Assembly: GCA_019752815.1 (NCBI GenBank)
Contig: JAIELQ010000006.1
Span: 1,577 to 65,576 of the forward strand
DNA from: Patescibacteria group bacterium
GTDB taxonomy: Bacteria > Patescibacteriota > Minisyncoccia > Phycocordibacterales > UBA918
Direction: 5' to 3'
DNA length: 64,000 bases
Numbering within the stretch: the first letter of the stretch is position 1; each line of letters opens with the position of its first letter. The translations under genes and the position numbers were made by a program. This document shows positions 7,534-16,700 of the stretch, in pieces. The notes beneath the pieces were generated by a model, which worked only from the letters and a program-made list of their open reading frames with translations, was not told the DNA's origin and did no database searches.

Positions 7534-8181
7534 ATGACAACACTACACAGCGGGGTAATCACCTCACCAGTTCAGATGGAAGACCGTAAAAACCTTGGGC
7601 TAAAAGCCGGAGATACGGTTAAAGTACACCAACGAATTATCGATAAAGGCAAGACTCGTATTCAGATTTTTGAAGGTTTGGTTCTCGCGCGCAAGCACGG
7701 AGACGAAGCCGGAGCTACATTTACCGTACGAAAAATGTCCAGTGGTATTGGTGTCGAAAAAATCTACCCATTATACTCTCCACTGATTGAACAAATTGAA
7801 ATCGTGAAGCGTGCCAAGGTACGTCGTGCCAAGCTGTACTACATCCGTGAAAAGGTAGCTCGCGAAATTAAACGACAAATGCGTCGTATGAGTCTCGTGT
7901 CAATGTCGACCGAATCAGAAACTGATGCAACTGCGCGCATTGATGCTGAAGCAAAAGTAATCTCCGATGCAGCAGCCGCAGCTGAAGCCGAAGCAGTGAA
8001 GGTGGCAGAAGCACAAGCTGCAGCAGAGGCCCCAGCACAAGAAGTTGTTGCAGAAGACACTCCAGTTGCTGAAGCCGAAGTGGTTGCTGAAGCCGAAGTG
8101 GTTGCTGAAGCCGAAGTGGTTGCCGAAGCAGAAACTACTCCAGACACACCAGCTGAAGCAGAAAAGAAAGACGTAGCGTAA
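7534..8181 (+). CDS. rplS: 50S ribosomal protein L19 with a roughly 100-aa Ala/Glu-rich C-terminal repeat extension
   Basis: N-terminal 115 aa match L19 (GDTVKVHQRIIDKGKTRIQIFEGLVLARKHG). The tail holds tandem AEAEVVAE repeats (GAAGCCGAAGTGGTTGCT x3 at about 8070-8125). Confidence 0.8.
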   Translation: MTTLHSGVITSPVQMEDRKNLGLKAGDTVKVHQRIIDKGKTRIQIFEGLVLARKHGDEAGATFTVRKMSSGIGVEKIYPLYSPLIEQIEIVKRAKVRRAKLYYIREKVAREIKRQMRRMSLVSMSTESETDATARIDAEAKVISDAAAAAEAEAVKVAEAQAAAEAPAQEVVAEDTPVAEAEVVAEAEVVAEAEVVAEAETTPDTPAEAEKKDVA

Positions 8182-8195
8182 ATAAAAATACAATA

Positions 8196-8225
8196 GAAAA
8201 AAGCGTCCATCAGGGCGCTTTTTTG
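8196..8225 (+). terminator. intrinsic terminator
   Basis: AAAAAAGCGTCC-atca-GGGCGCTTTTTTG. Confidence 0.65.
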
Positions 8226-8236
8226 TATGCTACTAT

Positions 8237-9079
8237 TTGCCTATGACCCTAGAACAAAAGTTCCACACCTTGGTGCAATTAGTTGAAACCTTAGGACAGC
8301 AAGCCCGAGCCTATTTTGATGATAATCAAAATACTAATGAACAAAAAACAGACGGTTCAATAGTTACCCAAATAGACAAGGATATTGAAGACGCACTAGT
8401 TGATTTTATTAGAACTGAATTTCCGGATGATACGATTATTGGCGAAGAAGGCGAGGGATTTGTCGGTACAAGCGATTTTGTCTGGCATATCGATCCAATT
8501 GATGGCACTGATAATTTTTTGCGTCGCATCCCATTTTGTGCTATTTCAGTAGCTCGCTTAGGTAGTACTACTGAAGACTCGTTTGGAATTGTACACAATC
8601 CTATTACCAATCAGACGTTTGCGGCCCTCATGGACAATGGGGTGTACGAGCGAGAACATGTTCATGTACTCACAGATGAATTATTGGGCGGGCGAGCCGT
8701 GGTATCAATCGGGAGAGGAAGGGAGCAGTGGATGAAGTCTGCCGCGTTTAATTTGTTTAAGGCAATTGGAACTGAGGTTGGTAAACCGATGATTCTCAAT
8801 TGTACTGCTTTAGAATTAGCGTACATTGCAGCCAATAGAATTGATGGGGTACTTAACTTTGGAGAAAAATCGTACGACTACGCCGCCGGTTTATTTCTCG
8901 TAAAAGCGGCCGGGGGACAAATTTCGGTTTTTGAACATAATACCTGGTCACCATGGATAGGGAGTCTCAAGGAATTGTGTGCTGAGCATGGTAAAACAAT
9001 GTTTATCTCTCATGGTGGTATCCATACCAAAGCAATAGAATTGATAGGTAATCCACGAGATTGGAGCGATGAGAAGTAA
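8237..9079 (+). CDS. inositol monophosphatase family protein (SuhB/CysQ-like)
   Basis: IGEEGEG ... HIDPIDGTDNF metal-binding motifs of the IMPase superfamily. Confidence 0.7.
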   Translation: MPMTLEQKFHTLVQLVETLGQQARAYFDDNQNTNEQKTDGSIVTQIDKDIEDALVDFIRTEFPDDTIIGEEGEGFVGTSDFVWHIDPIDGTDNFLRRIPFCAISVARLGSTTEDSFGIVHNPITNQTFAALMDNGVYEREHVHVLTDELLGGRAVVSIGRGREQWMKSAAFNLFKAIGTEVGKPMILNCTALELAYIAANRIDGVLNFGEKSYDYAAGLFLVKAAGGQISVFEHNTWSPWIGSLKELCAEHGKTMFISHGGIHTKAIELIGNPRDWSDEK

Positions 9080-9157
9080 GGTATAAAAAACATAAAGTCT
9101 GATACATAAATTAATTGGTAGACAATATATGCTTGAGTATATTATATAATATAAAGT

Positions 9158-9826
9158 ATGGGGAAGCCTGGTCCAAAACCAAAAGGCAAAGTTGTAATAA
9201 AATGGTCACCGCGGTTTGCGTATGCTATTGGTCTGCTTGTTTCAGATGGCAATTTGTCGCCTGATGGTAGACACATTGCTTTTACTTCAAAAGATATTGA
9301 ATTAATTAATCTCTTCCAATCTTCTTTGAGCCTTGATATGTATATTGGTAAAAAGGCCAGTGGATATTTAGAAGATAAAAAGTATTTTCGAGTTCAATTT
9401 GGCGACGTCTTGTTTTACAATTTTTTATTATCAATAGGTTTAATGCCTAACAAATCAACAGTTATTGGGAAAATTAATATTCCGCCGCAGTTTTTCTTTA
9501 ATTTTTTGCTCGGTTCATTTGATGGAGATGGTTGCACGTATTCTTACTTTGATCCCCGCTGGAAATCTAGCTTTATGTTCTATACAGTTTTTGTGTCTGC
9601 CAGTGAGGAACATATAAATTGGATTAGAACTGAAATACATACCACTTTGGGGATTAAAGGGCACATAACAACTAATAGGACAAAATCAATTTTTCAGCTT
9701 AAATATGCAAAAGCCGATTCTGTTTTGCTCTTACAAAAAATGTATCAGAATAAAAATTTACCCGGTTTGACACGTAAGCGCTTGAAAATTGAAGAGATGT
9801 TGCGTATAATCGGGCAACGTCTTTAG
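9158..9826 (+). CDS. free-standing double-motif LAGLIDADG homing endonuclease
   Basis: Two LAGLIDADG-like motifs (YAIGLLVSDGNL and LLGSFDGDGCT) about 100 aa apart; own promoter-like TATAAT upstream. Confidence 0.7.
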   Translation: MGKPGPKPKGKVVIKWSPRFAYAIGLLVSDGNLSPDGRHIAFTSKDIELINLFQSSLSLDMYIGKKASGYLEDKKYFRVQFGDVLFYNFLLSIGLMPNKSTVIGKINIPPQFFFNFLLGSFDGDGCTYSYFDPRWKSSFMFYTVFVSASEEHINWIRTEIHTTLGIKGHITTNRTKSIFQLKYAKADSVLLLQKMYQNKNLPGLTRKRLKIEEMLRIIGQRL

Positions 9827-9853
9827 TTTAAGTATAGCTCTTGACAAAACATT

Positions 9854-9935
9854 GCCCAGGTGATGAAATTGGTATACATGTATCCTTGAGGTGGATATGC
9901 CGAAAGGTGTGGAGGTTCAAGTCCTCTCCTGGGCA
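9854..9935 (+). tRNA. tRNA-Leu(GAG), class II with long variable arm
   Basis: GCCCAGG acceptor pairs with CCTGGGC, anticodon stem-loop ATCC-TTGAGGT-GGAT, variable arm ATGCCGAAAGGTGT, T-arm GGAGG-TTCAAGT-CCTCT. Confidence 0.8.
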
Positions 9936-9994
9936 CAAAATAAAAAACTTTGCTTTTCTGCAAAGTTTTTTATTTTGGTGAGAGGACTTGAAAA

Positions 9995-10028
9995 GGTTGC
10001 CAGCTCTTTTGAAAAAAGAGCGACAACC
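9995..10028. repeat. family-A palindromic element, flanked by inverted tRNA-Leu T-arm fragments
   Basis: GGTTGCCAGCTCTTTTGAAAAAAGAGCGACAACC. GAGAGGACTTGAA (9979-9991) and TTCAAGTCCTCTC (10047-10059) flank it as inverted repeats. Confidence 0.6.
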
Positions 10029-10045
10029 TATACCGAACATGTAAT

Positions 10046-10068
10046 GTTCAAGTCCTCTCCTGGGCACA
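10046..10068 (+). repeat. 23-nt direct repeat of the tRNA-Leu 3' end (GTTCAAGTCCTCTCCTGGGCACA)
   Basis: Exact copy of 9915-9937; att-like duplication. Confidence 0.7.
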
Positions 10069-10080
10069 TTGATGTAAACT

Positions 10081-10115
10081 AAAAAACACTCTTCGAATAG
10101 AAGAGTGTTTTTTAG
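10081..10115 (+). terminator. intrinsic terminator
   Basis: AAAAAACACTCTTC-gaata-GAAGAGTGTTTTTTAG. Confidence 0.65.
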
Positions 10116-10237
10116 TTTAGCAAGCAACCTGCGTTGCTTGCGGCATCAATGTGAGACGGAGTCATGTTTTCTCCTCTTTCCTAGAGGAGAAAACAGACGA
10201 GGAGGGGTGAGAAGTGACCTAACGTCACTTCGCAAGA

Positions 10238-10278
10238 CCTTGCCAGCTACTTTGAAAAAGTAGCGACAAGGTGTACAG
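10238..10278. repeat. family-A palindromic element
   Basis: CCTTGCCAGCTACTTTGAAAAAGTAGCGACAAGGTGTACAG. The inner stem is compensatory relative to other copies. A family-B copy (inverted) follows at about 10288-10345. Confidence 0.6.
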
Positions 10279-10412
10279 AATTCGTAGAATTGAAAGCACT
10301 TACTAGATTTGGAGCCAAAGGCGAACAGATATTAATAGTGACTTGTGACCTGATAAAACAATAATTCCTACTCGCCAAACCGCCCCGTTCACAGTACTAT
10401 TATCTCATCAGT

Positions 10413-10610
10413 ATGCTTCAGAATTCAGTTTAAACCAAACGCAAAGCCGCCGGTCTAACCCAGGAAGATTTAGCTAAGGCGGTTGGAGTGACCAGGCAAA
10501 CAATAATCTCAATTGAGAAAGGGAACTACGTCCCCTCAGTTTTGCTCGCAATGAAAATTGCTCAGTGTTTTAATTCGAATGTCGAAGATGTATTTTATGT
10601 AACTTTTTAA
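10413..10610 (+). pseudogene. XRE-family HTH transcriptional regulator interrupted by an in-frame TAA at codon 7
   Basis: ATG at 10413 reads MLQNSV, then TAA (10431-10433), then [58 protein letters not shown], a canonical Cro/C1-type HTH. No alternative start precedes the HTH. Confidence 0.5.
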
Positions 10611-10612
10611 TT

Positions 10613-10969
10613 ATGAAAAAAGATATTAGTGTTCCACTGATAGTAATGATTACCGCTTTGGCATTTCTAGATCCATTTATGTATCTAATGCCCAGCATGA
10701 TGGTGTCATTTGTACTAGGTATTTTAATGATTGCAACGGTGGTTTACGGGCTCATTATTTTTAAGGAGAATGCCCAAGACGAACGTGAGGTGGCCGTGCG
10801 GGCATTTGCTGATCGACATGCTGGTTTAGTAGGTACTATTGGATTGGTGCTTGTAATTGTCTATCAGGTACTCGTGGTACATCATGTCGATGCCGTTATT
10901 GTACTGATTCTGCTTGCTATGCTTATCACAAAATATGTGGCGCACGTGTACGCCGAAAAACATCTCTAG
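10613..10969 (+). CDS. small 4-TM membrane protein, partner of the upstream HTH gene (DUF2178-like arrangement)
   Basis: 118 aa, four hydrophobic helices; start 3 nt after the HTH stop. Confidence 0.45.
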   Translation: MKKDISVPLIVMITALAFLDPFMYLMPSMMVSFVLGILMIATVVYGLIIFKENAQDEREVAVRAFADRHAGLVGTIGLVLVIVYQVLVVHHVDAVIVLILLAMLITKYVAHVYAEKHL

Positions 10970-11009
10970 TACATACAAAAAGACTCACACATGTGTGAGT
11001 CTTTTTGTA

Positions 11010-11522
11010 TTATTTAGTTGTAAGGTATTCTTCTAAAAATGCTAATTCACGAGGAATGTTAAAGTGGCTTTCGTAGTTTGTTCGTTCTCCGTTGCGTACT
11101 AGATCGAGTACCACTGCAGGAGAGACCCAGATATTAGTTTGACCAGCGGCAATCTCGGCTTCTTCAAAGGTAGGTGCGGTAATAGGGGATGTGACCTTGG
11201 CCACATAGCAGTAACTAATATGGAGAAGTTTGTATTTTGCTCGGTACTCAATAGTCACGCCAACCGGACGCAGTATTTCGCAGTCACACCCCACTTCTTC
11301 GCGCACTTCACGCACGAGTGCTTCCTCAATGCTTTCGCCCGGGTCAACACCTCCGCCGGGTAGTTTGTAAAAACGATAGTTTTGCAGGTGCTGGATCGCA
11401 ATTTCTCCAGCTTCGTTAACGAGAATCACACGGGCACTTTTACGGAGTTCGTAGGTACTTTTTAATTTCTCAGCTTCTCCGATTCCTACCGTGGCGTCAG
11501 ATATTTCCGCTAGTATTTTCAT
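11010..11522 (-). CDS. NUDIX hydrolase
   Basis: Nudix box LPGGGVDPGESIEEALVREVREEVG. Confidence 0.8.
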   Translation of the reverse strand: MKILAEISDATVGIGEAEKLKSTYELRKSARVILVNEAGEIAIQHLQNYRFYKLPGGGVDPGESIEEALVREVREEVGCDCEILRPVGVTIEYRAKYKLLHISYCYVAKVTSPITAPTFEEAEIAAGQTNIWVSPAVVLDLVRNGERTNYESHFNIPRELAFLEEYLTTK

Positions 11523-11543
11523 GAGAAAAGTCTACCATGAACT

Positions 11544-12140
11544 TTATTTTGGTTCACGTTTTGGATAAATTTTGAGGGCATACTCAATGATGTGACTGGC
11601 GTAAATAAAGAGTAGTAGGGTAGTAACTATGATAATAGGTAAGATTATTTCGAGATGCTTCATTCGACCAAACATAGTCTCGGCAATGGTGGCAAAAAAG
11701 TACCCCAAGGCGGTAAAGACAAATACCCAAATCCATACTCCAATAGCGTTGTATACGAGAAAACTACTTGTAGACATAGGAGTCTTTCCTAGGCTAAACG
11801 GTATTACCATACGTAATCCGTACATAAATCTCATTGATACGGCCATCAGACGTGGGCGTTTACCCACAATATCAGCCGAGCGATTACTGAGACTATTAAG
11901 AAACTCTGAGCGGGCAAGCCACGTATTATGACTATATCGACCTAACATAAACCAAATAACATCTGACAGCCAGGTTCCAAAAAATGCCGCCAACATAACA
12001 ATCGGTAAATCGAGTTTGCCTAAGTAGGCGAGGAAACTAGCAACGAGGAGTAAAGCGTCACCTTCAAATAGTGATCCCAAAAAAACCGCTAGGTAGCCGT
12101 AGGTTTCAACGAGGTGCAATAAATACGGAGATAATTCCAC
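11544..12140 (-). CDS. DedA/SNARE-associated family membrane protein
   Basis: YGYLAVFLGSLFEGDALLLVASFLAYLG DedA motif; 4-5 TM helices. Confidence 0.7.
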   Translation of the reverse strand: MELSPYLLHLVETYGYLAVFLGSLFEGDALLLVASFLAYLGKLDLPIVMLAAFFGTWLSDVIWFMLGRYSHNTWLARSEFLNSLSNRSADIVGKRPRLMAVSMRFMYGLRMVIPFSLGKTPMSTSSFLVYNAIGVWIWVFVFTALGYFFATIAETMFGRMKHLEIILPIIIVTTLLLFIYASHIIEYALKIYPKREPK

Positions 12141-12189
12141 TCCCGTATCATACCAGAAAAAGTTAATAGCGAGCTAACGTAGATATAGT

Positions 12190-13206
12190 TTAACGATTAC
12201 TTCGTGCTTCTTTGATTGATGCATAGTAGGCAACTGATACACAAAACAGGCCAACCAAACCGGTAATAATTTCAGGTACATGAATAACTAAATTGGCAAG
12301 CATCGCTATCGAGAGGCCTAAAATTGCCCAATGCGCTCCTTGTTCTAGATAAACTAAATGAGCGAGAGTTTTTCGAGCCACCATGTAGACGGTAAATGAG
12401 CGAACAAAGTATGCTCCAATTCCAAGGCCTGTTACGATAATGAGTAAATTGCTTGAGAGGGCAAACGCTCCTACTACGCCATCGAGTGAAAAGGCAGAAT
12501 CAAGAACGTTAAGATACAAAAAAAGCGCCAAACCACCTTTTGCCACCTGACTACTTTCCAGGGATATCGAGCTACTAATGCCTTCCATAATGATAAAGAG
12601 TAGTAAGCCAATAAAACCTGCAACTAAAATTGAGGCTTGGTCAAAAGGGGAGATAAACGAGAGACCAATGAGCACTGCAATAGCAATAGCGATTTCTAAT
12701 GCTTCCATCCGCCCCCATTTCACAAAATGTTGTTCAATACGGGCAATGAAGTGGACGGATTTCCCAACATCAAAGAAATATTTTAAAGATACCATCAATA
12801 AAAATATTCCCCCAAAGGCAGTAATGGCTCCGCGCACTCCCTCAAGTAGTTCGCCGTACGCTACGGGGTCCATCACTGCCAGTTTGGAAATAAAAATTGG
12901 TGACGCCCAGGCAGCAACACTTACAATCAAAATAGGTAGTACTAGACGGGTGCCAAAAACTGCCACTAAAATACCCCAAGTTAAAAACCGCTTTTGCCAG
13001 ATAGGGCTCATTCGGGCGAGTACTTTGGCATTCACAACTGCGTTGTCAAACGATAAGGTCACTTCCAGAATTGAAAGGATGATTACAATAAAGAGAGCAG
13101 ACATTCCGGCCTGATACCAGACAGCAATAAATCCCACGAGAGCAACAATGATCGGTCCGAGAAAATACTGCTGTATGGTGTTTGTCATATGCGGTGAGTA
13201 TACCAC
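12190..13206 (-). CDS. TerC family integral membrane protein
   Basis: LSFDNAVVNA motif characteristic of TerC/Alx; polytopic. Confidence 0.7.
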   Translation of the reverse strand: MVYSPHMTNTIQQYFLGPIIVALVGFIAVWYQAGMSALFIVIILSILEVTLSFDNAVVNAKVLARMSPIWQKRFLTWGILVAVFGTRLVLPILIVSVAAWASPIFISKLAVMDPVAYGELLEGVRGAITAFGGIFLLMVSLKYFFDVGKSVHFIARIEQHFVKWGRMEALEIAIAIAVLIGLSFISPFDQASILVAGFIGLLLFIIMEGISSSISLESSQVAKGGLALFLYLNVLDSAFSLDGVVGAFALSSNLLIIVTGLGIGAYFVRSFTVYMVARKTLAHLVYLEQGAHWAILGLSIAMLANLVIHVPEIITGLVGLFCVSVAYYASIKEARSNR

Positions 13207-13225
13207 CTAGGGGAGGTATATGAAG

Positions 13226-13480
13226 TTATATTGGAAATTTTTGCCGACGAGAAGTAACTTTTGATACCAGTTCGTGTTTACTGCGGTCACCGTTTCGACT
13301 CTCGACTCGTGTACGCCAGCGAACATAAGTTTTGGGTGATTGATGCGTGCGCATAAAAGCAACAACTTCATTTTCAGTCAAACCCCATTCGCGTTTGATT
13401 GTTTCAAACGAAATTGTGTCGCCCCAAGCCATGAGAATGATTTGTTCAATTTGTTCTGGTGTAAAGTGATGAGCTTTCAT
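13226..13480 (-). CDS. TIGR03643/DUF2805 family small protein
   Basis: FTPEQIEQIILMAWGDTISFETIKREWGLTENEVVAFMRTH pattern. Confidence 0.5.
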   Translation of the reverse strand: MKAHHFTPEQIEQIILMAWGDTISFETIKREWGLTENEVVAFMRTHQSPKTYVRWRTRVESRNGDRSKHELVSKVTSRRQKFPI

Positions 13481-13537
13481 ACGAGTATCTTACTATGTTG
13501 GTGGTAATAAAACAGCTCTTATTACGGCATACAATAT

Positions 13538-14104
13538 ATGGATAAAATACTTTTTGCGGTAATCGCACTGCTCGTCTTGGGAGGTGGTGTTTTGGTATTT
13601 AATACTGATACCGCACCAGATGGAGAAAAAATTAATAACAATTATCAAAATGTTGAACCGATTGGGGAAGTTGATAATAAAAGAGAAGTCCCTCGTGATG
13701 TTAACGAAACTAAAGTATCAGGTAACAATACTATTTTAGATTTAAGCAATCAAAATTTAACTTCTGTCCCACAAATAACGTTTTCCAATACTGCAATTCT
13801 AGAGCTTAGTTTGGCAAATAATTCACTCACAGGCTCTTTGCCGGGTGAAATTCGTTTCCTGCAAAACTTAAAAGTGCTTAATCTGAGCAATAATCAATTC
13901 ACTGGTCTTCCGGCAGAGATTGGTCAATTACAAAATCTAGAGGTACTTGATGTGTCCAATAATAAGATAACCGGTTTACCAAATGAACTAGGGAATCTCA
14001 AAAACTTAAAAGTGCTTAAACTAACGGGTAACCAATACTCAGTTTCTGATTTAGAGGGAATTAAAAATAAGTTACCTGCTTCTGTAGTGATCGAGCTAAA
14101 TTAG
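13538..14104 (+). CDS. membrane-anchored leucine-rich repeat (LRR) protein
   Basis: N-terminal signal-anchor, then about six 23-aa LRRs (LxxLxLSNNQFTGLPxEIGQLQNLEVLDVSNNKITGLP). Confidence 0.7.
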   Translation: MDKILFAVIALLVLGGGVLVFNTDTAPDGEKINNNYQNVEPIGEVDNKREVPRDVNETKVSGNNTILDLSNQNLTSVPQITFSNTAILELSLANNSLTGSLPGEIRFLQNLKVLNLSNNQFTGLPAEIGQLQNLEVLDVSNNKITGLPNELGNLKNLKVLKLTGNQYSVSDLEGIKNKLPASVVIELN

Positions 14105-14129
14105 CTATTTCGCATACATAAAATTTTCC

Positions 14130-14627
14130 GTGTACAATAGAGAATCTATGCGAAAAATTTGGAACAGGCCTAACCAGCAAGTTTGGAGCCTCTCAACCAT
14201 TGATGCTGATGGTGTAGGGAATATGAACATATGTACCTATGTATCCGCTGTATCAATGGAGCCAAAGTTACTGATGGTAGCGGTGTATCACGGGACTAAA
14301 ACCCATAGTAATTTAGTGGTAACTAAGCGAGCGGTCCTGCAGTTGCTTAGTGAAGAATTAGCCCCGGTCACAAAGGTATGTGGTCATTTATCAGGCACAA
14401 AAATTAACAAAATGAATCGTTTACAAAAACGGTATGAAGTTTTTACCGTACATGATATTCCAGTCTTTGCTCGTAGTGCTGGTTATATGGAGTTGCAACT
14501 ACAGAAACTAATTACAGTGGGTGGTGATCACGATTTAGCCGTCTGTACGGTAACTAGTAGTAAGAATCTGCATGACATCCCTCTCCTGACCACGGATCAT
14601 TTACGTGCAAACGGACTACTCCGGTAA
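14130..14627 (+). CDS. flavin reductase-like FMN-binding domain protein
   Basis: Pattern resembles PF01613 (VWSLSTIDADGVGNMNICTYVSAVSMEPKLLMVAV). Confidence 0.45.
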   Translation: MYNRESMRKIWNRPNQQVWSLSTIDADGVGNMNICTYVSAVSMEPKLLMVAVYHGTKTHSNLVVTKRAVLQLLSEELAPVTKVCGHLSGTKINKMNRLQKRYEVFTVHDIPVFARSAGYMELQLQKLITVGGDHDLAVCTVTSSKNLHDIPLLTTDHLRANGLLR

Positions 14628-14634
14628 ATTATAA

Positions 14635-15273
14635 TTACTCAATTGGAATCAAAATTTCATTACGGAGGGTGAGCGGGATCGATAGTGGGGGATTATAGCG
14701 CGCGGTTTCAATCGCTCCGGTTGCGACTTTCCCATCACGGATGAGGTATGAAACCAGCTCGGCTTTTTTTGCTTCAGTTCTTGATGTTGTTGGGTACCAA
14801 GTGTAGCGGAGAACTGCCACTTTTCGAGCCGGTACTGCTATGAGTTTCACTGCTTCATTATTTGGTAGTGGCAATGTATCAAGGGTGTATTTTGCGGGCA
14901 CTACAAACGCGATTGTGCGGGTAGCGTTTGTTGCTGCAGATTCCAGTACCGGTACGGTCATAGCAATTTTTTCTGAGTTGTTCTCACTGGGACTTTCAAG
15001 GACCGGTGTGGTCATTGCTATACTTTCGCGTTTGATGTTATTACCAAAAATATAATCAGCGATAATGCGAAATCCTTCCCGGGTAGCATTTTGGTAATCA
15101 CCGGTTACTTCGGTGGTGGCCATAATGTATGGTTCGTACTGTCGAATTTCGTAACCACCTTTTTTCTCAAGGATCGTGTATGTTGGTTCTTCAATGGTCC
15201 ATATTACGGCGTAACTACCAATAATCCATAAAATTAAACCTACAATAATGGCTCCTAAAATATAGTAATACAT
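14635..15273 (-). CDS. SOUL/HBP heme-binding family protein, membrane-anchored
   Basis: N-terminal TM, then EEPTYTILEKKGGYEIRQYEP ... IAMTTPV motifs typical of SOUL. Confidence 0.5.
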   Translation of the reverse strand: MYYYILGAIIVGLILWIIGSYAVIWTIEEPTYTILEKKGGYEIRQYEPYIMATTEVTGDYQNATREGFRIIADYIFGNNIKRESIAMTTPVLESPSENNSEKIAMTVPVLESAATNATRTIAFVVPAKYTLDTLPLPNNEAVKLIAVPARKVAVLRYTWYPTTSRTEAKKAELVSYLIRDGKVATGAIETARYNPPLSIPLTLRNEILIPIE

Positions 15274-15346
15274 ATGTTTAGTATACGCTCATTTTACGAT
15301 TTGTGTGATGTAACGTTTTGATACATTATAGCCATAATATAGCTGA

Positions 15347-15889
15347 GTGAAGCATATGGAATATATCGATGAAATACGTGAGTTAATTAGCAAATCCGCG
15401 CAAGGAAATTCGGACTGTTTTCAACAGCTGTACGAACTTTTGATTGATAAAGTTTTTGCGTATGTACGGTATCGAACTAATTCAGAAGATGATGCGCTCG
15501 ATATAACCCAAGAAGTTTTTGTAGATATATACAAAGGACTTCCAGGTTTTACGTATACATCCAAAGAACAGTTCTACGGATTTGTCTTTACGATAACCAA
15601 ACGTAAATTAGCAAAATATTATGCTGACAAGCATACGCATGCAACAAAAACGACAACTGAGTTTAACGAAGACAACTATAGTGATTCTTTGTTAAATCCA
15701 GAAACAGAGCGAGATGTTGCGCGCGCACTCACTACACTTGATGAGACTGCTCGTGAAATTGTAGTGTTGCATCATTGGTCACGATATTCATTTCCAGAAA
15801 TAGCAGCACTTATACAGATGACGGAATCAGCAGTGCGGGTGCGACACCATCGAGCCCTGAAATTATTATCAGCCTCATTACATTCCTAA
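15347..15889 (+). CDS. ECF-type RNA polymerase sigma-70 factor
   Basis: Region 2 (DALDITQEVFVDIYKGL) and region 4 HTH (REIVVLHHWSRYSFPEIAALIQMTESAVRVRHHRALKLL). Confidence 0.8.
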   Translation: MKHMEYIDEIRELISKSAQGNSDCFQQLYELLIDKVFAYVRYRTNSEDDALDITQEVFVDIYKGLPGFTYTSKEQFYGFVFTITKRKLAKYYADKHTHATKTTTEFNEDNYSDSLLNPETERDVARALTTLDETAREIVVLHHWSRYSFPEIAALIQMTESAVRVRHHRALKLLSASLHS

Positions 15890-15893
15890 TTAT

Positions 15894-16658
15894 ATGAAAG
15901 AACATACTACAACAGAAATGCTTTTGGAATCACAGCATGCTCCACTCGCTCAAGATAAAAAAGAAGCGCTCTGGAAAAATATTGAGGCTGATATTGCCGC
16001 GCTTCCAGTTCCATCACCGTATGCATTTACTATGGTAACTAAAAAATCTATGACCTCAATTGCTCTTGCGTTGGTACTAATGTTCAGTCTTGGCGGTACC
16101 GCCTACGCCTCAAACGACGCCAGACCGGGAGATATCCTTTTCCCCGTTGATCAAGCATTCGAAGAAATCAGATTGGCGCTCGTGCGTAACGATGATAATC
16201 GCGCCCAATTACAAATCGCGTACGCCGAAGAACGACTTAGTGAACTGCGCTCAATTCTGGCAGAACGCAATAATGGACAAGTGGCGACCTCAACCAACAG
16301 CAGCAATGCTACTTCGACGGTAGTAACCTTTGAAGCCGAAGCTGATGTTTTCACTAACACCACAATCGTAACGGTTGAAATTAATGACCGAAAAACAACT
16401 TTTGAAACTTCAGCTAAAACAAAATCAGCCGTCGTGGATGAAATTGTCCGTCGGCACAACGTTGACCGCACCGTAGTTGAGCAAGCACTTGATTTTGAAA
16501 TTGAAGATCGAGCGAGTCGGGTGAGTGATGCAGATGATTCAGATTCACGCAACAATGATGATGACAAAGACAAAGACAAAGATGAAGATCGTGATTCTGA
16601 TGATGACAATAGTAACGACAATGATGATGAAGACTCTGACGACAAAAATGAAGATTAA
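15894..16658 (+). CDS. putative anti-sigma factor (single-TM) with an extremely acidic Asp/Asn-rich C-terminal tail
   Basis: Immediately downstream of the ECF sigma; cytoplasmic N-terminus, TM at about 55-75, tail DSDSRNNDDDKDKDKDEDRDSDDDNSNDNDDEDSDDKNED. Confidence 0.5.
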   Translation: MKEHTTTEMLLESQHAPLAQDKKEALWKNIEADIAALPVPSPYAFTMVTKKSMTSIALALVLMFSLGGTAYASNDARPGDILFPVDQAFEEIRLALVRNDDNRAQLQIAYAEERLSELRSILAERNNGQVATSTNSSNATSTVVTFEAEADVFTNTTIVTVEINDRKTTFETSAKTKSAVVDEIVRRHNVDRTVVEQALDFEIEDRASRVSDADDSDSRNNDDDKDKDKDEDRDSDDDNSNDNDDEDSDDKNED

Positions 16659-16676
16659 TACCTAAGAAAAGACATG

Positions 16677-16700
16677 CTAAAAAGCACCAATCGGTGCTTT
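16677..16700 (+). terminator. intrinsic terminator
   Basis: AAAAGCACC-aatc-GGTGCTTTTTT. Confidence 0.7.

Noticed and set aside
7839-8210. Minus-strand ORFs (123 and 92 aa) over the rplS tail
   Set aside because: They are generated by the GAAGCCGAAGTGGTTGCT tandem repeat read in reverse, so they are not independent genes.
12578-13114. 178-aa plus ORF antisense to TerC
   Set aside because: TerC on the minus strand has the diagnostic LSFDNAVVNA motif, and the antisense frame is an Ile/Lys-rich artefact.
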